A stretch of DNA of 57,344 bases, the filler included, from Sphacelaria rigidula (taxonomy: Eukaryota), in assembly GCA_964200075.2 (NCBI GenBank). It is 5 parts of 5 records of this genome, joined end to end, with 100 filler letters (N's around TTAATTAATTAA, not from the genome) between each part and the next. Parts side by side here need not be neighbours in the genome. Positions count along the whole stretch, not along the records: positions 34,473 to 45,858 come from CAXNAA020004978.1; positions 45,959 to 57,344 come from CAXNAA020004979.1; 3 more parts are not named here. One strand, 5' to 3'. The position numbers and the translations under genes were made by a program. Positions 35,919 to 47,567 of the stretch are shown piece by piece (position 1 is the stretch's first letter; each line of letters starts with the position of its first letter). The notes beneath the pieces were generated by a model that worked only from the letters and a program-made list of their open reading frames with translations, searched no databases and was not told where the DNA came from.

Positions 35919-38172
35919 CGCGCGTGCGACTCGTTTACCGAAATCACGGCGTTAATGGGTGCGTTCAACATTACCACGACACACAATTCTTCTCATCCCT
36001 GCACTTCTGCGGGGGGGGGGAGGGAGGGGGGGAAGACGGCCTTGAAGCGTCCGATATGTCGCTAAACACACCAACATCAAGTCCATTCATTTTCGCTTCA
36101 ACTACTATACATTTCATTTTCTACCTCCATAAACTAGCTCAGAACTTGAAGTGCCCTGGAGATATTACCCCCAGGTGCCCTTGTTTGCTCGGTACTTCGA
36201 AACCGCTTGAAACCTAGGGTATTCCGAGATGCGGCACCCTACTATGCTGTGACCCGCCTTCGGAAATATAAACTAACGGGTGCCAGTCACAGGTTGTGGT
36301 GGAATCTGGCCGTGCTCCGCAGACACACCTTACAGTTCAACCAGCACATACACGTATGTACGATGCACACATGAACGCCTCCTTGCATCCATGTTTCAGG
36401 ACGGATCATCCCCACAAAACAATAATTGAAAAACAGTTCGTCATCTCCACAGGCAGAAACAAATTCACACGACTCTAGTCGCAGGCGGAAACAAAAGCGC
36501 TATGCTTACGAAGCGGGAGTTTCCGTCGGGCAAGATCGCTCCGGGAATGGTCGTGAAGGATGTCTCCTCGGCGATGATTGTCTGGCCGCCATGCGACGAG
36601 GAAAAACAAGCACAAACATCAGCAACGGCGCAAGCACAGAGCAGGGCAGGGAGCGAGGAGGAGGATTGGGGGCAGAAAGGGCAGAATTAAACAAAAAATA
36701 TGAAGGAACACTTGTGTAGCTGTCGATAGTAGATTACCCATACGATAAATGGCAAATTGACAGTCGCATGGAGGGGGGCGGTGCAGAGAACCCAGCGCAA
36801 GGTGGGGGAGGGGGGGGCGGGAGGTACTTATTTGTGGCTTGTCTTAGTCGTTTGACCATTGACCACGCATCCCTTCCGAGGCGGAGCAACAGAGGGTGGT
36901 GGTGGGGGGAGGGGGTAGTGACAAAATCGTTGACCTCGGGGGGGAGGAGGGGGGGGTACTCATGATCATGCATAAGACCATTGGCCTCGCATCCCTACAA
37001 AGCCGGGACGGAGCACGCCGGGTTTTCGCCGGACCAGGCTTGCACTTAGACCGCCAAGCGCAAAGTGTCGTGATGTGTTCGGCGAGTCGCACGAAGGGTG
37101 AGCTGCACCCTGCTGCCAAGATTGTTCGGCCCGAAGCCTACTAGTTATCTTGCAAGTGGATGACAACCTTCAATGGGTTGTAAGTGCGTTCCTGGATTGC
37201 TCATGATATTAACGCCCATCTTCAAGATGTGTACTGCGAAGCTTGGTGTCGCTCGGCGTGTTTGCATACGTGCTCAGTTGCATGTGGGACATCAGAAAGG
37301 GGAGCGCATCGGCGCCCAATGTGGAAAATGATCCGTATGAAAGACGGCGGAAAGCGGTTGCGATCGCTCTAGCGGTGCCCAGGAAGGCGACGACTCGCGA
37401 TGGAATATGACCTCTCGTGGCTAGGCTCGGAGTATCCAAGTGGCAGAAGAGGAGGGTTAAGGGGGCTGCACGCGCTAGGGTCACGGGCACAACAAAATGA
37501 TCATCACCTCGTTGGCCTGAACCAAGAATTGTAGCTGCGGGGCGTTCTCAGCCGCCGGCAGGCTGCTGCAATCCAATGCTCCCAGTTGCACGGAGCTGAT
37601 CACTGTCGTCATGGAGAAAGAAAAAGGAACAAGAAGCGGAAAACAAGACATCAGCATACGCGATGCAGTTTGATGTGACTAAAACATGATGATGGATCAT
37701 AATATGTATATATAACACGAGTGTTCTGTTTTGAAATAACGCTCTCGATCACGAGACCCTCACCTCACGAGCGCTTTTGATGTAGCACGCTCGAACGAGT
37801 TTAAAACACTCGAAAGTACAGGTCTTATTGATTGCAGATACATGGGACACGACAACACCGTCGTGGAGGGGTAGATTCCGTCCTCGGGCGACGGTAGCCA
37901 TGCCTCTCACCGGTGACCTGCTCGTCGACCTCAAGGTTATCCGTCACTTCATCCACCACCTCCGTCGACACTAGCTCATCCCCCGCTGCTGCCGGATCGT
38001 CGGGGTCCGGGAGCGGGTACGCCGTTACACCTACAACCGGTATGGTGTCGTCTGCTTGCAGGCGGCGCCTAGCCAGCATCTCTGACCTCGACGTGTTACC
38101 GCTCACTTCTGTGGGTTTGCATAGGACGGTGACCGCTGCGGCCAGAGCCAGAGTCGTGCTGGCCCGCTTCAT
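34868..38172 (-). CDS. Host gene (3'-partial): secreted pre-pro-protein N-terminus, function unassigned
   Basis: Exons 38172-37911, 37602-37508, 36581-36510, 35744-35649, 34972-34868, all GT-AG and phase-consistent (630 nt, 210 aa); signal peptide MKRASTTLALAAAVTVLC; RRRLQ site; continues off contig. Confidence 0.8.
35879..35926. repeat. (TG)n(CG)n microsatellite
   Basis: Alternating purine-pyrimidine tract in an intron. Confidence 0.9.
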
Positions 38173-38359
38173 GATCCGCTCTCTTTGTCGTTTCCTCTAC
38201 CTGCGGTATATATTGTTCGGATCGGGTTTGTTTTGCAGGGTTTCAGGGCGTGCAGGGTTGGAGGTTGGGAACTTCAGCTAGTGCTGCTGCTTCATGTGCA
38301 TGTGTATTCTCCGATATACGCGGTAGTAAAAAGGTGGCCGTATCCAACCGCGGGAAATT

Positions 38360-38515
38360 GTACTAGTATGAGAGTAGTGATGGCAGTAGCGATAGTGGCG
38401 ATGTGGCATATGGGGAGAGTAGTAGCTGCAGTAATGGTGGCAGTAGTGTAGCGGTGTGGTAGTTGCAATAGGGGAGTTGTAGCGGCAGTTATGGTAGCAG
38501 TAGTTGCAGCGGTGC
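38360..38515. repeat. Degenerate GTA/GTG/GCA triplet low-complexity tract
   Basis: gtagtgatggcagtagcgatagtggcg.. repeated, upstream of the gene start. Confidence 0.7.
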
Positions 38516-39108
38516 AATGTATCATCCAATTGACACGACTGCATGGGAAATGGTCGGTGGTTGAGGACATCTCGACGGCGTGATGGACTGTTTCTCCTCG
38601 TGTGCGATGCTCTCACCCTGCTCGTCCCACTACTGCTGGATAATGAGAACTGTAGATCACATGCCTGGTAAATATGCACCAACCCTATCAAGAGATGAGT
38701 ACTTCCAGTTTCTTGCTGAGTATCTCTGTGTTGAATGAAATATCGCGCCGGTAAGACTGTCTTTCTTCACCCACCATCCACGAGTACCCGATTTTGTTTT
38801 CCCCATGGAGAGGGATGCCGAGATAGCCCCCCCAAAATGAGTGGCTGGCTGGTTTGATGAGGCGACTACCCGTGAATCAAAATGGCAAAACCCGAGCACA
38901 CCGAGCAGCTGGGAAATCCCACGCTTTGGACCGTTTTCGCCAATGTCGCCGATATGGGACGCTTCATCCAGTATAAAATCAGCTACAATGCGCTGCATAG
39001 CCATTTTCTTCGTCGCAGATTTGTGGGGCTGGGTTGGGGGGGAGCGAGGGAAGGGGGCGTACTCGTGATTTTGCATGCCGTATCGATATGACCGTTGGCC
39101 TCTCATCC

Positions 39109-39250
39109 GAGTGATTCCACAGTAGGAGTGCACGCTCTATTCCAAAACTTCTCTGACGCTGCACACGCAGGCCCAGATGTTTGTCATCGAGAGTCGCCTT
39201 AAGCGCATAGCCTCAGAAACAAAATGTGCACCCCTACCGTGAACCTACCC
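39109..39250. mobile_element. Sola2-like MITE (142 bp), TSD ATCC/ATGC
   Basis: TIRs gagtgattccacagtaggagtgcac / gtgcacccctaccgtgaacctaccc; interior resembles 20742-20882; empty site cgcatccctacaaagcc at ~36988. Confidence 0.8.
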
Positions 39251-39650
39251 ATGCCTACAAAGCCGGGAGGGAGAACGCCGGGTTTTCGTCGAACCAGGCT
39301 CGGAGAGGGGGAGGGGGGGAGGGGTACTGATTTGTTGCTTGCCTTAGTCTTTTGACCATTGATCACGCATCCCTTTCGAGACGGAGCACCGTTCCTACTC
39401 CTAATAGAGACACCTTCAACATTGCGGCGCTCATTCCGTTTCTTCCCATACAATACACAAAAACCTTTTACGTATCTTTTCCCCGTCCTGTTCCACCGTC
39501 TCTGGCCACCATCTATCTCCTACTATGGGGGGGGGGTGGGGTATCGCGGCATCACTCGGCAAAAAGAACAATATTTTGTTTCCACGTTCCCACGTTCTCA
39601 ACGACGGAACGGTATACTTTTCAGAAGGACCCGAATCAAACGCATCTGTT

Positions 39651-39725
39651 GGGAATCGAATCCGCATTTACTCGACCTCACGGCTTCAACAGTTACTACT
39701 GTACCATCGATCAGACCACCCGGAC
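39651..39725 (-). mobile_element. Possible tRNA-derived SINE head
   Basis: Minus strand has A-box-like ggtggtctgatcgatggt and B-box-like ggattcgattccc; no intact cloverleaf. Confidence 0.35.
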
Positions 39726-40323
39726 CGTAGCGTCGAAAGCGGCAACTTTTTTTCATTTCCGTTCAAATTATTTTCATACGATGAATGATCAGAGGTGTGG
39801 GACATTCGGATCGGAAGCTACACCGCTCCCGTCACTCTTGGCGAGGGTTCGACACTCTTTTCTCCTGGCCGTCCCTAGGTGCTACTCCGTCATAAATGTA
39901 CACACCTCGCACCCCTTTCTTCTTACCCGTGAACTTTTTTTTCGAGGGCAGTAACACCCGGACACGGCTTCTCGGGGTCCATTTTCGCAGCTTTTTCTTA
40001 GGGAAAATCACGTGTGGTATGCCATTCGACAATGCCATCACCCCTTATACCGCAGGGAAAGTCTGTCTGGATTGCACGTACTTTTTTCAGGTGAAATTGA
40101 TAGCGTTTCAACACATGACCCTCTTTCGCCTGAAGGGGTTAAAATTGAAAATAGACCATAGATCCTTAAGTTAAAATTTGGGGATTGTAGGGGGGGGTGG
40201 TTTGGAAGGGGGGTGTATCCAGGAAACTTCAATCGTCCCTACAAGTACTGTAGGTATGATCATTGTCCATCGTGTGATTGTCCATATTATGCCACGGTCT
40301 CGGATTATCGTATAACCTCCTTT

Positions 40324-40495
40324 TGGGATGTGGATATCCGTATGGGATACCCATCTGCGCGATGGGTATCCCAGGCTGACATCCGCATCCCAGATGGATG
40401 TGGGATATGGACATCCCGATTGGATATCCATATCCCAAACGGACTTTCATGGTATCCAGATCCGTCTATATGTGGGATGTCTATATCCCAGATGG
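40324..40495. repeat. GGAT/ATCC-rich palindromic cluster
   Basis: Dense gggat/atccc/ggatatcc motifs in both orientations, e.g. gggatacccatc..gatgggtatccc hairpin. Confidence 0.6.
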
Positions 40496-43400
40496 AGCTG
40501 GTACGACAACGCAATGTTCAATGTTCCATTGAAGAGGGATTCAAGGCCCGTTATTTTCGTGATTTGTCGGAGAATCTCAAGAGTCTTCCGGTTTTTTTGG
40601 GCTCCGCGTTCAGACTTCTTCGAAAACGAAGCGGCCTGATTCTTGTTCTCCGGAGCTACATTTTTGGATGAGCCCGAAACTTTGGACTCCAATACTACAC
40701 TTCGGAGACCTGCCCTGTGTTGTGTACGTTGTGGCGCTCGCAAGCATGAGGCAGTCATCAGGTACCTCGCGATTCCTGGAGATTTCGGAGACCGTAAAAA
40801 AAACGGTGTCGATAATAATTAACCTTGAGACATGGAAGTACGAGTCGTGCTATTTGTGATTGGCCAATATTGTCTTCCCATCTGTCCTAAAAATACAATC
40901 CAACCACTCATCTATCCAGCCATCCGACCATCCATCCTCAATCAACCTTCAATTATTTATTTAATTTTTGGTTGTCATATTTATTCTTCATCTAATGAGC
41001 AGTTATTAATAGGTCTTGCGAGTCTCTCAAATCAAGTTGTGGTATTCGATGTAGTACGAGTATGTGGTTTTAGGATAACCAATCGAAATTACATTTGCGT
41101 GTAGATGGAATGGCTTCGCTTCATCCGGATACCTTCGTCGGGCTATACTAACGTCAAATTTGGCTGGTGGTGTCCCGACTCAAGGAGCAACGCGGGAGAG
41201 CAATGTTTCTGGGCGAATCAAGAGTACTTCTCTCCTGCGGCTGTCTACGAGATTCTACAGAACATCCAGTACAGCACAATACAGTACCCCTGAACGATAA
41301 CAATGCTTGGAGTAGTATTTTGTCAAGCGAGAATGGCACAAACCGCACTAGTGTAGCACGACAGGCTCCCAACTACATGTGGCATGCCACAAGAAACCTA
41401 GTCACTTTTCAACCCAACGTTGGCACCAGTGTTGACTATTGAGTGCGACCCACTGAGAACAAAGGGCACCTGCTGCTGTTTATCTTTAAGCAAAAAGGGG
41501 GGCAGAGCATGCATTGTACCGTACTCTTATTTCATAACTTCTGGTTGGTCGAATGGCTTTTCAAAGAACTTTCTCGGAATTTTATGATCTCGTAGTAACG
41601 GTAGGCCCAACCATATCCCCAACCCAAGGCATACCGAGATTTCTCGAGCATGAGGGGTGCAGGGGGTGTGCCCTCGGTTAGGTGCGCATTGGCAGACCTC
41701 GAATGGGCGCCTGAGGAGCCGACTTGGATACAAACGCGTTCTGGCTGAGCTGGGAGCACTCGGGACTGCTGCCATGCGGAGGATCCGAAGATCGTGGTTT
41801 TCTCTAAAATCCAGTAAAAATACTCCGCGAAAGTTCCGTTCAACCCGTGTCAGAACACCTACTGGGGCGAAGCGGTATCTGAGATCTGTCGAGATGTATG
41901 GTACCGTAGAAGTAGGGTGCAATTTTTTTGTACTGTCTGTACTACAGTCAGTACATTAGTGCAAATCAAGTGCTCCAGGTCGCGCTACAACAGACAGTAC
42001 AACAGTAGTGTCGATTACAAGCCCGTGGAAGGTAGCCCGCAAGGTATAACAGCAGCCTCCACACAATACCTTCGTACTACACCGTGCTTGTAGCTGTGCT
42101 GGTGGGTAGGACCGTAACGAGAGAGAAGTTGAATCCAAGTCATGCATGGGGTTCCTTACTGTGTGAACACCGAGCGCAGAGTTTTTTTACGGACTCTAGC
42201 AGCAAATATACACTTTGTAGATCTTCGATGCCTCATGCATCCACACACCACAACTCCGAGCCGCGAGTCACCTCGTTGGTAATTGCACTACACGTACTAC
42301 ACATCTGCGCTCCCTAGGCAGTAGAAAATGTCGCAGCTTGAAAGATCAAGACACAAGCCGCAGTAGTCCGTCACCCTGCCACTCCTCATCACCGACCTAG
42401 CCTACTTCGCCTGTGCGTGTTGCCGTTCAGTTTTTTGGCGACTGCTGGCCTGTGCACCCCACAGGTATTATCCAGCCGCTGCTGCAGCTACCAGATCCTT
42501 ACTGTTGTCTGTACCCCACTGAACTGTCTGCACTACAATGGCTGCACGCAACTTTTCTACACGAAAGCACAAAGCGAGACTATCAAGAGCAACTCGTCGC
42601 ATAGACGCATAGAACACCTTCTACACTAGGCTCTTCTGATGATGCTCACATATGAAGCGTATGAGCTGGGTGGAGTGACAAGTGACAACGATTTTGCTGC
42701 GGCAGGAATACATCACGGTTTGCACATCACGCTTGAGAGTGCGAATCAACCTGTTGACTGCCGCACGAGGTCATATATGGATCCCGCAGTCATTTATCAG
42801 GTAAAAAAGATGCCGATCCCGATATCACCCACCATAGCGATCAACGTGTCAAGCCGCGGGTGAAGTTGCATTAATCTGTAATTTCCCATCAACCGCCTAT
42901 ACATTATACTATTTAGTACAATGCACGACACAATCACGCCCTAGGAGTACACTATTATGAATGATGAAAAAACTGGTGGCGTACCGCTACCAGTATCACG
43001 GAGCACCCCCCTCCCCTGCCACTTCCGATCTCAACTCACCTGCTGCTCTATCTAGCTGTGGGCAACACCCGTTCCTTGCTTGTGCCCGTACTACCTCTTC
43101 GCTCCTTTTTCTTCGTCTAGCTGGTGGTGCACTCTATTGCATGCAGCAGCAGTGACTGACAGATGATGTATTGCCGGTGATCAGGATTCACCAAACGGCG
43201 CGAGAAAATAATATGTGGGAGACCGGGGGAGGGTGGGCGGGTGTATATGGTCTCACACACAGATGTGTGATATGAGATCTTGGGTCTTCTACTTGAGGTA
43301 ACGAAGATGAGAGGCGGAGGAATTCTCTGGGCACATGAACTTTCGGTACGTCCTCCGCCATGAGAATGTTCCACGTATAATACTTTACGGGCTATATATA

Positions 43401-44399
43401 TGAAGTGCGACCGTTCTATAGAACAAACGTCATAAGTATCACCTCGAAATTGTGGCTGTTGTGTGTTTGGTTTGCTCTCTTCGCGCGTAGTACTCTGTTC
43501 GCTCCCACAAGTTCAAGCCAAAGTTGCGAATATTCCCTCGGACGAAAAACACACTGCCCTCTACACCTCCAGAATTCTTCAGACGGACACGATCACGACG
43601 TTTGTTTTTCAGGTACCAATTCGACTTGTCCCAGAAAAGGAAGGCAAAAATAATAATAATTCATGTGGCCATGTAACGGGTCATTAGAGCGAGGTAGTAT
43701 ATCAAATTCGGGATATTCAACAGTATATATTGCAGTACAATAAGACATCGCGGGAACCAAGAGCTCGAGCTATCTCAACAACTAAAGAGGTGCATCTCAA
43801 ACTCGAGGTTCCTGATACATTTATCTGCAAGTTACTGTGATCATCGCCAGAAAGTTTTATTAGATACCGTGTGTAGTCAGAAAATCTCCACATACAGCTG
43901 GATTTTTCGTAGCATTTTTATTCCAATCGGGAAAAAAAATCTGAAAAAGTCGATAAAATTTGAAAAAAAAAGTCGTGAAAAAAAATCGACCATTCATTGT
44001 AGGCCGCTTCTTATTACAGCAAACGAAGTATATTCTTCCTGGAAAAAATTGCCTTTTCGGTCCTTCTGCTGGGTCGTTTCACATCCGAACACAGGAGTAT
44101 GAAGAGGCGGAAAGATGCGACACCTTTGTCAGAATTTGTGATCACGGCACCTTGGTAGTATGACTTGCTTCACTCGTTGGGATGACGGTTTCACGACACA
44201 GGACAGCATCCTTCAGTTTCCGGCGGCCGGATATTTTTCTGCCGAACGGTCAAGGCTACAAAAACGCGTGATAAATAACATGTACAGGTACGCAGATATA
44301 ATAATAATAATACTGTAATAATACACTCCCTCTGTCCGGAAATATAAGATTAGCAAATCAGCTATTTTTTCGTTGTTGTCCATGATTCTCGAACGGATT

Positions 44400-45712
44400 T
44401 CACCTGGGATTTCTGCGTTGGTGTACACACGTGCGCTACTCAAGCTCCATGTACCGCAGAGAGGTCAAGAAGGTTCAATTGTTCGAGTTTTATATATGCC
44501 CAGGCCCGGTCTGGGCTTCATTTATTTCGTAACGACCCGTGTCCATGAACTCGGTGCCGGGATATCTGGAGACCACGGAACTTTTTCCCGAACCGTTTTC
44601 TTCCCCGGATTCGCCGAACCCAAGCCGAGCCCGTAAAACCGGTTTTTGTTTCACGAGTAGTAGCATAGACCTGAAAAGTGTAGCCCACCCTAGCACAAGT
44701 CGCTCGAAATCACCACTCCAACTTTGAAGACCGGGTCAAAAGCCTTCCCATCTTCTGGTGAGGCATGTCGTCTGCTGGGAGTGTCTCCCAGGTGTCAAAA
44801 CGCAAGAACCTTAACAGTTTGGAAAGAGCTGCAGTGATTCGGCACCCCCTCGCTCTTAGCAACAACGGGGTTCTGAAGAGAAGGGTGCGTACATTGCAGC
44901 CGCGGAGGAATTCGGCTGCGAATGACAGTCGGATAGACTGTAGCGCAAGTACAACGCGCAGGTTCAAGCGGGGGTCCGCCATCTGCAGTTGGAAAAGGGT
45001 CGGAAGGGGTGAAGTGTCTAGAAGGGCATAATAATTGAAGAATTACGCGAGCGTCTTCTTCATGGAATCCCGCTGAACGAGAGCACTCCACGATTTTACC
45101 TGCCCGGGGATAATGAAAAACCACCCCCCCGTTTTGAGCGGGTTATATTTTTTTCATCCAGTTTCATATCCGATCATACATACAACCTGTAGGACCTGCT
45201 ACAGTGGCTAGATCACCTCCTTTGTTGGTGCATATGGTAGAAACCGATATTATATTCCGGATATCCATACCGATCTCTATATTTCCGGACAGAACGAGTA
45301 TTATGCACGAAAAGAACGCACCCACCTCAAATATCTCGACAATGACATAATTGCGAGTTGGGCCGCCCAAGAAGCCACCAGGAATGTTGAAACGCATTTA
45401 TTTCCTGCGCTCAATTTTGAATCGTTTTCGATGAAATTTCGACACGATGTACAGGACGTATGTGCGAACACCGCACCTTCCATCCCCTGTTTTTTTTCTT
45501 CGTGAGTTATTGGCATTTTTTTTTTCCGGAAAAACTGTTCCGAAATGTTCCTTCGCCAATACGTCCCGGATAAAAAAACAGGGGAAGGAAGGCAGTAGAC
45601 TTTAGGGCCCTTCGACCGCGAGATTAGTCTTTCTGGATCATGCATACGTCTTTTTACTTGAAATTGGTGCCGATTCAACAGAAGAAGACTAACCTCGCGG
45701 TCCAAGGGTTAA
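44400..45712 (-). mobile_element. Probable degenerate piggyBac-like transposon remnant with 101-bp inverted-repeat unit at 45608-45708
   Basis: Broken minus-strand motifs in PGBD order (EVGAFFSCII; FQTVKVLAF*HLGD..FDPVFKV; FTGS..PGKK; VYTN); GGG|TTAA at 45706-45712; cccttcgaccgcgagattagtctt / aagactaacctcgcggtccaaggg. Confidence 0.45.
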
Positions 45713-45858
45713 CGAAGAGGATAATCCCCTTTTTCACAATCCCCTTTTGACAGGGGATTGGCCCCATAACGATTAGTCCCGAGTCCTACGAGCTGGGCCA
45801 GCCCAGAAACGGATTTAACCTGGCAAAGCAATATCTCATCACCGGAAACGAATTGGAG

Positions 45859-45958
45859 NNNNNNNNNNNNNNNNNNNNNNNNNNNNNNNNNNNNNNNNNN
45901 NNTTAATTAATTAANNNNNNNNNNNNNNNNNNNNNNNNNNNNNNNNNNNNNNNNNNNN
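45859..45958. other. Artificial contig joiner
   Basis: N44-TTAATTAATTAA-N44. Confidence 0.97.
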
Positions 45959-46487
45959 CCACCCCATGGAGGCCCCACTCATACATGTGTGACCTTCACT
46001 ACGCCTGCCCCCCCCACAACCCTACCCCCAGCCCCCCCCCCCCACGAAACTTAATGTTATGCTCTATTCAAGAATGACCATTGAAAAGACCTCAACAAAA
46101 CGAGCGACTTCAGTCGAGGCAATACTTACATGTGAGACAGCTCAACTTCACGCCCATGCTCCGACCGTTTGCATTCAAACCTATGAAGGAAGCCGTCGAG
46201 ATTTCGCTCACTGTGCGCATGTTTCGGGCAGGTGAAGACCCACCACTCTTCATAACTACTTCGTTTGTTATTGAAGAGGTGGGCTACATTGTTCTGCAGT
46301 TGAACGTACTCACTGTTGTACCGCATTCTTGCGTATCGTTCTACTTCACGTCAAGTACAACCTGCTGTTATCGCCGTGTACAAAAAACACAGCGTTTTCT
46401 CTGTTCCTTGAGGTACTGTATGTGTGCCACCGCGACAGCTTTTTTTTTGTGCTCGTCCATCACATCCCATCGTTGAGGCCTTGCAAT

Positions 46488-47533
46488 TTTGACAAAAATA
46501 CGCCGTTACGTGGAGTTGGTAGTTATGATATGGGTAATGACTGGGGGCACGGCGATTCTTTGGATGATGACCGCGGACACGGGGATGGTACCCTGCAGGT
46601 CTAGAAGGTTGGTGCCTTGGAAGGGCACTCCTGATATGATGAGGTGTTGTAAAGGCTGACAACTGAAACTGAGGCCAGTGAGACTGGGAAGTCCCTCAGC
46701 AGCAGTGACCCACCAGTCCTTCTGACTGGCGTCACAGTATCGATAATAGTGGTAGCGCGAGAAATAGTTCCTAGCAGAATCGGCTGGAAGGATTTCGGAG
46801 AGTCTGGCGGCTGGGGACAACCTGAAGCATCACGGACGCGTGGAATGGGATCAAGCTGATGGTAGCTGCAGAAAGGTGGGTGACCTGTGTTTGATCCAGA
46901 CTGGAGACTTGCTGAAGCTGCGTGCAGCGGGAGTTTGGAGGCTACTTCGACTGTGTGGTGCGGTGACGAAGCAAAAAAGTGTGCAATTTCCGAAGGTCCG
47001 CTGGCCTGCGAAAAACTCGCACATAGCCGGCTGCAGCTGTGGCGACCGGCTCACGTAGTACGACCAGCGTGACGCCTGTGCTTATGCGAGAAGAGTTGCG
47101 ACCTCCCCAAGACGGGGATAGGTACCCCAAGAGTGCACCTCGCACTTTCTATACAAAGAGCTCGGAGAACGAAAAGCGTGTGGAGCACGCTAGCGCAGGG
47201 GATGCATTACCACATTAGGTAGTGTCGATGGCTCAACAGGCGCCGACGCATGTGCAAAAAGCGTTTGCGCGTGTGGAACATGAAAAGAGCACAATCACCC
47301 CGCTGCAATGGGTTGCGGCGATCAAAAAGCATGGTGGGCATGCGGCGGGCACTTGCCACCGCTGTGACCAAGTCGGCCGATACGCGCGCGATTGCCCAAC
47401 GTCTTCCGGTGGAGAGTCTGGGCAGTCTCATGCCGCGCGCCGTCAGCATCGTCAGCACAAGGGCAAAGGACGAGGTGATCGGCGCGGTGACGGCGGCGGA
47501 TCCTCCGGCGGTGGAGGGTCGCAGTCGAGTCCT

Positions 47534-47567
<34 letters not shown>

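Noticed and set aside
28033..38172. Joining the contig-4 signal-peptide exons to the contig-3 Cys-repeat exons as one gene
   Set aside because: Same strand and complementary partials, but they are separated by an artificial spacer between size-sorted contigs, so there is no linkage evidence
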